Below, in pieces: positions 9,822 to 19,337 of a stretch of 64,000 nt of DNA. Below the pieces are notes generated by a model that was not told the DNA's origin, did not search any database, and saw only the letters and a program-made list of their open reading frames with translations. Source of the stretch: Vicugna vicugna (taxonomy: Eukaryota). The DNA lies in contig MU057887.1 of the NCBI GenBank assembly GCA_013265495.1, forward strand, positions 1,003,985 through 1,067,984. Reading direction: 5' to 3'. Position 1 is the first letter of the stretch; every line of letters begins with the position of its first letter. A program made the translations under genes and the position numbers.

Positions 9822-12174
9822 GTGCGCCTGGGGGAGTGACCTGGGCCCGGGGCCGCAACCTCGGAGCCGGGCTGAGTAACCGCGGGGCCCCACCAGCGCT
9901 GGCGGGGGCCGAGGCGCGAGCGCGGCGGGCGGGCGGGCACTGCCTCCTCTGGGCGCAGCCGCCTGGGGCCGTGCGCGCCTCGCCGAGCGCTGCAGCGGCC
10001 AATGTGTCCGCACTTGTCGGACTTCCCAGGTGACTCGCGGCCCCGGCAAGCGAGCTGCGAGCGAGCGAGCGCGCCCCAGGTAGGAGGATCCGCCTCCCGC
10101 CCGCCCTCCTCGCTCGCCGCACGCTCTCTCTCCCTCGCTCCCGGGCTCTCCCCTCCCTTTTCTCCTCCCTCCCCCGTGACACACGAACGCATCTATCCCC
10201 CGGGACCCCCCTCCCCAGGCCAACTCCCTTCCGTTCGCCTTCCTTGGACTGGGAGGAGGGAGGGAGTTGGGTTCTTGTGGGAGGGGGCGCCGGGGAGGGG
10301 GTGGCACGGAAGAGACACCTGCGGAGTGGTCGGCAGCTCCTCTGCGCCCTCGAGGGCGAGGGTGGGGAGCCAGGTAATGGCCGATTCAGGCTGTGGTAGC
10401 CACTCGGCTTCCAGTTTCTAGTGAGGGAGTGAGAGACCATCCACCCCCATCGCTGTTCTGGGCATGCTTCCCCTCCTCACATGGGGTCCCCCAGGGCCAC
10501 GCTCTTAGCCCAGGCATCGCTGCCAACCCCACAGACCTCGATCGGAGCCCTCCAGCTCCTACGGTCACTCCCACCTGTCAGTACCGCTGAGCTCACTCAG
10601 AGTAAGGACAGGGCAGGGATAGACAGACAGTCCTGGCCAGATGCAGGGGGATGGCTTGGATGACCTCCTACAGAAGCCATTTGGCTAAGCACCATGGTGG
10701 AGACAGGAGGATGTTGAGGGAGGTTCCTTGGCTCTGTGGAAGGCTTCCACCCCAGGGGTTCCCTGCCGACTCTCTCCCACCAACCCTAGTCCCCCTCAGT
10801 CTGCGCCCTCTCCTCCGCAGTACTCGGCTCAGTATTCATCTTGAGTGCCCAGAGCGCGAGGTCAGAACCACCGCAGTGCCTCACACACCAGAGCGGTCTG
10901 ATTTAGCACCGTCCCAGGTGAGTGGGCCCCCGGGCCCGCAGACCGCTGTGTTGAAGCCCTGTCCTGAGAAGGCAGGACGGTGACCTTATGCCTAACCGCG
11001 GTCCTGGCCAGGCTCCTGTCCTGCTCCGCGGTTTACAGTCCTGGACGCCTTCGAGGGTGCCACTTCTGGGCGAGCGGACAGAACTGTGAAGCGCTTAGTC
11101 CCCAGGACCCAAGACTTGCTGGGATGGGATTATGAGTGATCGAGATATGGGGAAGGGTGTTGCTTCCAGCTGCCCTTGGTCCCACCTAGCCAGCCTGGGC
11201 GGGACTTTAACTCAGAGCACACATCCCCCTGCCCCCAACGCCCCCCGAGTCCCTCTCGACCCTCTGCTCCTGATCCCCTCTTAATCCTTCCAAATCCCCT
11301 GAACCTTTGCCACGACCCCAGCGCGGGCCATTCCTTGGCCCCTCGATCAGAGGCGGGGCCGGTGCAGCTGTGCAGAGCAGGCGGATCGAGTTCCCAGGTG
11401 AAAAGGACGTTAGAGATAATCACAGGCAGGGAAACTGAGGCATAGAAAGAAGTTAAATGACAAGAGCAGCCTCACCTCTGAGTGTTCCCTGCGTCCCAGC
11501 ACCCCAGATGTCACCCCATTTCAACCAACGGGAAGCTGAGCCCTGGAAACCGGAGGGTCAGGCCAAGCCCTCGCAGCTGGTGGTTGGAGCGGGGCCGGCT
11601 GGAGGGGTGGGAGCCGCTGGAGGAGCTGGGGCACGCGGGCCGATGCTGCCACCCGGCGGCGACACCGCGGACGCCAGGCTGCGAGCTTGCGGAGACCAGG
11701 GTAGGAGGGTTTCGAGGGCCTCTGGGCCACGCAGGGCCTGGGACTGCGAGGCGGACAGGTGCCCCACCCTGGCACAGATTCTGAGGGCCACCTCACTCCC
11801 TCACCGCCACCAGCCTCAGTCTCCACCTCCGATAATGGGGCGAATCCTTGGGAGCTGTAGAGTGCGGCGGGACTTAATAATGATCCCAGCTGTGGCTCTC
11901 TCCTCCCGGCACCAGGCCTTCGGCGACAGCCACAGACCTCCGGCCTCGCAGACCCCGACCTCCCACCCCCAATCCGCTCCTGGGCCCGAGGTTGGATTGG
12001 CTCCCGAACCAGACAGGCGAGGTGGGAGCGAGAGTGGAGAGGTTTATGACCAGCGGATGGAACTCCTAGGTTAGTTTACTCACTCAGGCTGCCCCTCTGT
12101 GCCTCAGTTTCCCCGGGAGAACGGGATATAGAGCCGCTCCTCTCCGGACAGTGGGAGACAATGGCGCGGCGTCG

Positions 12175-12193
12175 TGCTGCCCCCTGCCGGCCA
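12175..12193 (-). promoter_or_regulatory. CTCF motif, reverse orientation
   Basis: Minus strand TGGCCGGCAGGGGGCAGCA matches the core CCRSYAGRKGGCRS at 14/14. Confidence 0.65.
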
Positions 12194-12789
12194 CGGGAGG
12201 GAGGTGGCGCCGGGGAGAAAGGGCCGAGCAGGAGGAGATACTGCTGGGCCAGGTGTGAGGACCACCCGCGTGACATCCAGCAAGTCTCTCCTCGATGGGG
12301 TCCGGTTTTTTGTCGGCGTCTCCAAGAGAGTCCCTGAATGGCTCTAAGGCGGGGGGAAATCTGGGTGGGAAGAGCTCTATGAATCCCCTCCAGGTGTGCG
12401 TGTGCACAGGCAGCTGTCTGGGGCAGCAGGCCTGAGGTTCCTACCCAGCCTGGGTTCCCAGGGCTAATTCCAGGGCTCTGAGGTCTGCTGACAGCTACCC
12501 GCCCCCCTCATTAGGCCCCTCCTCCCAAATGGGATTGCAGCTGCAGTCATCCTGAGCAGGCTGGTGTCTGGCTCTAAGGCTCTTCTATCTGTCTGGGGTG
12601 GGAGAACGACTGAGTAGGAGGAAGTCGAGGGGGTACTTTTGCTGGGAATGAGGTTCTGGTACTCAGTGAATACGGAGACTTGCCAATGCCCGGGGGCAGA
12701 AGTCTCCAGCGTCAGGGTGCCCTGGGGATGCCAGAGGGGTCTTCGGCTACCTTTGGGCTCAGTGGGGCCCAATGGCCTCCACCACTTCT

Positions 12790-13415
12790 TCCCTGTGTGA
12801 CCTCAGACAAAGCTTTCAAGCTCTGCAGTCTGTGTTTCCTCATTACTACATGGGGACAACAGCACGTACACTCCGTGGGGTTCTGACCTTTGAATGAGTT
12901 AATCCGTGTGAAGGTGCTTGCTTGGACAGTGTCTAGCACATGGAGGAGGGAGCACTCAGTCAGTGCAGGCTCAACCTGGTATCTTCTGGCCCCTGCCTGC
13001 CCCTCAACCTCATCACTCACACAAGCACCTTTGTTCTCCTCTCTCTTGTCTTTCCTTCTGTTATTTGAACACAGCAAGTTAGTTCTGCCCCAGGACCTTT
13101 GCACACACATACTGTCCCCTTCTGGCACAGTGTTCTTCCCCTGCTTCTATGTGGCTTCAGCATAAATGTCCCACATCAGAGGGGCCTTCACATTCCTCTC
13201 CCCAAACATACTCACTGGTATTCTCTGTCATAACACTGTTGCTCCTTTTGTGACACTAAGAACAATATGTCATTATTTTTTCCCTAGGTACTACCAGCCG
13301 ATAAGCCCCATGAGGGCCATCTCCATATCTGCATTTGTTTCTACTCTATCCCCAAGATTCAAGATAGAACCTGGCATATAGAAGGGGCCCAATAAGTAAT
13401 CATGGAATGAATGAC
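12790..13415 (+). mobile_element. MIR followed by an L2 3' fragment
   Basis: tgtgtgacctcagacaa...tttcctcatt...gtgaaggtgcttg (MIR), then ccccaggacctttgcaca...aagccccatgagggc...cctggcatatagaagg...caataagt...tggaatgaatga (L2 3' end). Confidence 0.65.
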
Positions 13416-13699
13416 TTTCCAGGAGCCAGATACAGTGCTGCAGTGTCTGCAGTGTTGCAAGCCACGGAGGGCAGAGACCTGACATCAACTCCTTTGAACC
13501 CTGAGTTTGAGCTCAGCCACCACCCCCAGCACCGACCACAGCGCACTCCTGCTGCCTTTCTCCTGCCTCTTTCTTGCACCCTGTGACTGGCCTCACTAAG
13601 TGCTTCCTGAGCCCCAGCAACTCTTACTGAGGTTACGCTGAAGGTGTCTTGCACCTTGTCTAGATAAGCAGCAAGTGCTCATCTACTGAACCTCGCACA

Positions 13700-13830
13700 G
13701 CCTTGTGAAATGATGCCACTAGACTCACGGCACAGATGAGGAAACTGAGGTACGGAAGGAAGTGCTTGACCAAAGTCACACGGTTGGTGGAGCTGGGATT
13801 CGAACTCAGGCCCATCAGGCCCAGAGCTCT
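13700..13830 (-). mobile_element. MIR SINE relic
   Basis: acagatgaggaaactgagg...aagtgcttgaccaaagtcaca...gagctgggattcgaactcagg. Confidence 0.75.
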
Positions 13831-14109
13831 ACACATCTCAGCATCTCGGGAGGCAGGGCCTGTGGCTCATGGAGTGGAGGATACAGGGCTGGCCATCCAT
13901 AACCAGCTGTGGGAGCTCCAGTTCAGCGGAGGGGAACGCTGAGTGTGGTGAGAGGCTGGAGGAAGGAGGCCATGAGGAAGGGGCTGGCGACACTGGGAAA
14001 ATCCCAGGGAAAGTGAGATTCATGATGAGGGCCTGGAAAAGAAGGGATGTGTGGCAGGCAGAATCCCTGATGGCCCCTCGAGATGCCTGCTGTAATGCCA
14101 GAGACCGTG

Positions 14110-14390
14110 AATAGGGTGAGATATGGTGCCCGTGATTACGTGACAAGGCAAAAGAAGTGATGAGTTTATTAATCTATTGACTTTGAGCTCAGCAAAAGAG
14201 GATTGTCCCAGGGGGCCTGTCCTAATCATACAAGCCCTTTAAGGGCAGAGAATTTTCTCCAGCTTTTGGCCAAAGGGGCAGACAGAGAGATTTGAAGCAC
14301 AAGGAAAATTGGAGGCACCATTGCTGGCTTTGAAGATGGAGGGAAACTCGTGGTGAGGAATTCACATGGCCTCTAAGGGCTGAGAACTCC
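14110..14390 (+). mobile_element. MaLR LTR fragment (MLT1-like)
   Basis: ttgactttgagctc...cctaatcatacaagccctttaa...ccattgctggctttgaagatggaggg...ggcctctaagggctgaga. Confidence 0.65.
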
Positions 14391-15024
14391 TAGAACTGGA
14401 GAAAGAATAGAGATGCCCTGCCCGCTGGAGGAAGGCCCCTCGGGCTGAAGGAAGTGAAGAGGAAAGGGGGTGTGACCTTCAGGGTCGGGGCCAGGATGGA
14501 AGAGGGAGTGGGAAAGGACGAGAGGTTGGCACTGGGAGGACCCTTGGGCCAGTCCTTGGAGAGTTACATGGACATGACCCATCATGTGGAAGTTCAGCTG
14601 GTGCCTGAGGATAACCACCATCCAGGAAGACGCCACGCACTTGCCCAGGTGGATGGGGTCCCCAGCACGAGAGCTTTTTCAGTTCTAAAACCAGAGAGTC
14701 CCTGGCAAACTGTGCCAGGTTGGTGGGCCTAGCTGTAGTAGCTCTTTTTCTCGTTACTGTGGAGGAAGAACTTTCTATCAGCAGCTGCCAGGACATAAAC
14801 CATGTATTTTCTAGTGAGAGGATGTCTGCCTGGACCCAGGACTTTTTACTTCCCATCCAAATTTCCCTGTGCAAACTTCTCCTCCCTCTTTTCAAAGACC
14901 CAGAACATTCAGAAGCCCCTCAGGACAGAGGGTGGAGGCAGTGATGGACAGTGAGTATGAAGAGGAAAGCCCTCATATCAGGGCTTGGGTGCAAGAAGAC
15001 AGTGGGGAAAATAGCCTCCATTGT

Positions 15025-15140
15025 ATTTCATGCCACAATGTGCAGAAGGCAGTCAAAGCTGTACTCAGAGGCAGATGCATTGCTTTCATCACTAAAAGAA
15101 AAGATGAAAATAAGTGAACCAAGTATTGAGATTAAGAATT
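15025..15140 (+). mobile_element. Degenerate L1 ORF2 fragment
   Basis: Translates to ...KAVKAVLRGRCIAF..., matching the L1 ORF2p motif (A)KAVLRGKFIA. Confidence 0.7.
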
Positions 15141-15141
15141 T

Positions 15142-15258
15142 CTTTTGTTTTGGGGGTGGGTAATTAGGTTTATTTTTTTAATGGAGGTACTGGGGATTGA
15201 ACCCAGAACTTTATGCATGCTAAGCATGCACTCTATCACTGAGCTATGCCCTCCTCCA
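15142..15258 (-). mobile_element. Camelid tRNA-derived SINE (vic-1 type) with target-site duplication
   Basis: Minus strand gggcatagctcagtgatagagtgcatgcttagcatgcat...ctgggttcaatccccagtacctccat (A and B boxes) plus taaacctaattaccc tail. 13-bp TSD agattaagaattt at 15129-15141 and 15259-15271. Confidence 0.92.
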
Positions 15259-15289
15259 AGATTAAGAATTTTTATAAGTAATGTATTAG

Positions 15290-15473
15290 TCCAAGATTTA
15301 GCAAACTTTTCTGAAAAAGGTCAGATAGTAAATATTTTAGGCTTTGCTGGGCCACATGCAGTCTCAATCACATAGTCGTCTTTGCTGTATTAATTTTTTT
15401 TTACAACTCTAAAAATATGAAATCCATTCTTAGCTTGGGAATTTGGCTCCTAGCCATAGTTTGCTGACCCCTG
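15290..15473 (+). mobile_element. MER58-like hAT-Charlie MITE
   Basis: gcaaactttttctgaaaaaggtcagatagtaaatattttaggctttgc ... atagtttgctgacccctg termini. Confidence 0.75.
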
Positions 15474-15900
15474 TATTAGTCAGGACTTTTTCTATTGCAA
15501 ATGACAGAAGCCAAACTGTAAGCAATAAAAAAATTAAATTACTGATTCACATAACTGAAGAGTCCATGGGCAGTATGGTTTCAGGTATAGCTGGATCCAG
15601 GACTCAGATAAAATTGCCAGTGAGTTCTGTCTCTCCTGTCAATTCTGCTTACCTGGAAGTTAGTCTCATTCCCAGGCAGACCCTCTGCATGCAGCGGCCC
15701 CTCACAGCGCTGGGCGTCCGCCTTGCCATTTGACAACCACAGAAGAAGAGAGCTTCTCTTTCCCAGGTTCCAACCAAGTTTCAAGATTGACGGTCATGGC
15801 CTTTGACTGGTCTGGCTTGGGTCGCATGCCTGTCCTTCAGCCAGTTACTGTGGCTGGGCAGGGAAGCACTGGCCTGGGTCACATGGGATTTTGGAGCTCA
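15472..15900. mobile_element. Old MaLR LTR relic (MLT1J/K-like)
   Basis: tgtattagtcaggact...ttgcaaatgacagaa...ttcaggtatagctggatccagg...ggcttgggtcgcatgcc. Confidence 0.55.
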
Positions 15901-16334
15901 GCTTGGGGTCATTCCTATCCAGATTGCATAGACTGAGGATGGGCAGCAATGGGTCCATGAAAATGGAAGAGGGAGTGAATGCTGGTTGGGAAAACTAACC
16001 AGTGTCCACTGCACACTTGAAGTTCTGTGTTTAACAGACGCTTATACAGCACAGCCACTGTTCATTCTTTTGTTTACTCCTCATCGCAGCCTGTGAAGGA
16101 AGTTTTGTTATCACCCCACGTACCGATGAGGAAACTGAAGCACAGAGAGGCTAAGGGCCCTGCTCAGGGACCTGAGGGTGATCCAACTGGAAACGTACTA
16201 TAGTATGTTCCATCGGTCAAAGAAGAAAGGCCATAGGCTCATCTCCAAGGATGCCAAAACGGCATTGAGAAAAACTGAACATTCCTTCCTAATGTGAAAA
16301 AACAAACATATAACAAACAAGCTCTTAGAAAACT

Positions 16335-16609
16335 TGGGGAAGGGACAGACTGGGAGTTCGAAATTTGTAGACACTGACAGGCATATGCAGAATAGATAAA
16401 CAAGATTATACTGTACAGCACAGGGAAATATTTACAAAATCTTGTGGTAGCTCACAGTGAAAAAGAATGTGACAATGAATATATGTATGTTCACGTATAA
16501 CTGAAAAATTGTGCTCTACACTGGAAATTGACACAACATTGTAAACTGACTATAACTCAATAAAAAATGTTTAAAAATTTTTTTTAAATAAAAATAAATT
16601 TTAAAAAAC
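16335..16609 (+). mobile_element. 5'-truncated younger L1 (camelid-type 3' UTR) with TSD
   Basis: ...tatactgtacagcacagggaaata...gtataactgaaaaattgtgctctacactggaaattgacacaacattgtaaactgactataactcaataaaaa plus A-rich tail. TSD agaaaact at 16327-16334 and 16610-16617; the site tt/agaaaa fits L1 endonuclease preference. Confidence 0.9.
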
Positions 16610-17839
16610 AGAAAACTCAGACTCTGTCTCCCTGGCTTACTCCCCCGAGGCCAGCCTCTGCAGCCCTTCACTTTCTGGGCTCTTGACAAGTGCCCCTAAC
16701 GCCACTCAGCCCGGAGTCCAGGCAGCTGTCTGTGGTCCACAATTTGGTCCTGTGTCTCTGTGCCTCTTCCACGCTGTTCAATGCTGGAATTCCTTTCCCT
16801 CTTCTTTCCACTACTATTTACAGCCTGGCTCCAAACTGACCTCCTGAGCTCTTAGGCTGGGTCAGGCCTTAAAGGGCACTGAAAGCCAGACCAAGACCTT
16901 GGATCTTATCCTAGGCAAATGCCAAACACTATGCACTCCTGAGTAAGCCGGGACTTCTCAGCGGCAGCACCTTGGACATTTGGGGCTGGACCACTCACTG
17001 GGCTGGGGGGTGCTGCGCTGTGCACCATAGGATGTGCAACAGCATCCATGGCCCTCACCCATTAGCAGCTTGTAGCTCTGCTCCCCCAAGCTGTGACAAC
17101 CCAGTGTTTCCAGACTTTCTGATGAGTAGCAGGGGTCTAAGCTGTAAGGTGTGGGCTTTTGGGCATGGAGGATGCGGGTTCTGCCCACCCTACTGCTTGG
17201 ACACCCCCAGGATGTGGCCAAGTCAGCCTGGTTCAAGCTAGGTCACAGGCACATCTGACCTCCCTCTTGGCAGAAGCACAAAGTCTAAATAAGCAATGTC
17301 CTTTCAAGCCAGGGACACAGAACCTACACTCCCTCTGCCCACATCCCACTGATGCTGGCCGGTCGCTGGCCTCACTCAGCTGCAAGGGGCTGGGGACCCT
17401 GGTTGTGGGCTGGGCTGCTGACCGCAACCAGCTTCCACTTTACAGAACAGGTGGGCACACAGACCCAGACGGGGGTGGTGGGGGGGAACGTGGGTTCTGG
17501 AGGACAACTGGCAGTCCCTCACTTCCCTTTAGACTCTGGTCCCCACCCCGGTCCCCTCTGTACCCACTGCCTGACATCCTCCCACGCTACTCATCACATT
17601 CTTACAGGCCTCTCTAGGCCTTTGATTTCACTGCTCCTGGTCTGAGGGTGCAGCCCTTACTCCTTAGTTTAGGACAGGAGACCTTGTACCCAGAGTCAGA
17701 TCGTGGACAGCCAGTCATCCGCTGGTACTGCGCCAACCACTCAGATCACACGCAGACCTTCAGGCTGATCACTCCTCTGGTCTTCATGCTGTTCCCTCTT
17801 CTTCAAAAGTTCCTCCCTGCTCCGCCAGCTCTGATTTGC

Positions 17840-18225
17840 TCTGACTGCCTGTTACAGCAAAATTCAAAAGCACAGTGCTTAAACAAGACAAACGTGCATT
17901 TGTTTTTCCCATAAAAGAAGTCTAGATGTAGGCAAACTCAGGCTGGTATAAAGGCCATGTGTGTCATCAGGGACTCAGGGTCCTGCCAGCTCACTGCTCT
18001 GCCTTCCTGAGCAAGTGTTCCTTCACCTCAGGCTCCCAGATGGCTGCTACAGCTCTGCCATCACATCTGCTTTCCAGGCCACTAGATGGAAAAAGAGCCA
18101 AAGAAGGACATGCCTCTCCCCACTCCTGGATACTCCCACTTACTGCTCCTTGGCCAGAACATTGTCACATGGTCATGCCTAGTTACAAGGGAGGTGGCAG
18201 ATGTCATTTTTCAGCCGAGCAGCCC
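17840..18225. mobile_element. Old MaLR LTR relic (MLT1K/L-like)
   Basis: cagtgcttaaacaagaca...atggctgctacagctctgccatcacatctgctttccagg...tgtcacatggtcatgcctagttacaagggagg. Confidence 0.6.
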
Positions 18226-19321
18226 TAGGCCCAGGTAAAACTGGAGCCCTGTCACTGAGGCAGACAGGGAGGTGGATACTGGAGCACACCATCACTGACT
18301 TCTCTCCGCCCCGCAATCTACTCCCATGTCCCCTTCCTGGATCCACTCAGCCTTGTGGGCACCTGATTGTCCAGACCTCCTCCCTCAGGGCTCCGCTAGG
18401 CCTCAGCCTGCAGCCTGGTCCAGAAAGTCTGTGCTGGAGGAATAAAGGAGCAGGTGGACGCCCCCACCGCCCCAGCCCAGCCAGCCCTGCTCATGAGAAG
18501 AGTGTTGAGCCAGACCCACTTGGGGCTGATCTGGGCAAAGCCACTGCCACGGGGCTGGGAGGCAAGGAGAGGCCTCATTGTCTCCTGCAAACACTTCCAT
18601 TTCTCCCCATCGTCACTCTGCACTGCGCTGAACGTCATGCATTTTTCATGCCCTTAAGCCAAGTGTATTCTTTAGAAAACAGGGCTGAGTCGTCTGCTTT
18701 CCCAGCCTCTCAGGGAGTGACTGGCCAGTCATTTAGGGGAGGGGGAGACTCATTTCTGAGCCAGGGACTCATCCTTAAGAAGCTGGATTAACTGTCCGAA
18801 ACGTAATTGCATCTGTAGCTGTAATCCTATTTGCCAGGCTGATCTCCTAAAAGCCATGGGGTGTTTATTCTTCGTCTCAGGCACCAGGGCCAATCACTGA
18901 CCCACTGATGCCTGGGAACCTGCATTCTTACCCCCACACCCCATGTGACTGGTGAGCAACAAAGACTTTGACTCGTAGTCAAAGTATTCAGTTGGAGCCC
19001 CTTACTTTAAGGGAGGGAAGAATGAGACTCAGGGAGGGAAAGGACTGTTAGGGTCCCTCAGGGGTCAAGCAAGGATCGGAACCTGGTATACTGCCCCTGG
19101 GCCCAGGCCTCTGAGCTCTCATGGCAGCGGGTGCCCAGGGCTGCCCAGGGCTGCTTGCATGGCCCCCGGTCCTGCAGCTGCAGCTGGCAGATCTAGCATC
19201 CAGCCCTTGGACTGGGGTCCCCTGCCCAGCCATACGGCCTTCCGTGCAGGGCCCCTGGGAGGTGGGCACAGTGACCCAGCCTCAACGGAGGCCCCTCATC
19301 GTGGCCTGCGATGCACACAGG

Positions 19322-19337
19322 CCACCAGAGGGCAGCA
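19322..19337 (+). promoter_or_regulatory. CTCF motif, forward orientation
   Basis: CCACCAGAGGGCAGCA, 14/14 core match. Confidence 0.65.

Larger units (their letters stand above)
8600..10400 (-). promoter_or_regulatory. WNT7B: CpG island / promoter and 5' UTR of WNT7B exon 1a
   Basis: Very high GC and CpG density around exon 1a. Motifs: CCAAT 9999-10003, NKX2-type CACTTG 10011-10016, E-box CAGGTG 10027-10032, GATA-like CTATC 10193-10197. The TSS cannot be fixed from sequence alone. Confidence 0.85.

Noticed and set aside
15180..15258. tRNA-Ala-like sequence (also 51885-51958 and 58675-58741)
   Set aside because: A/T tails, TSDs and degenerate stems show these are SINEs, not tRNA genes.
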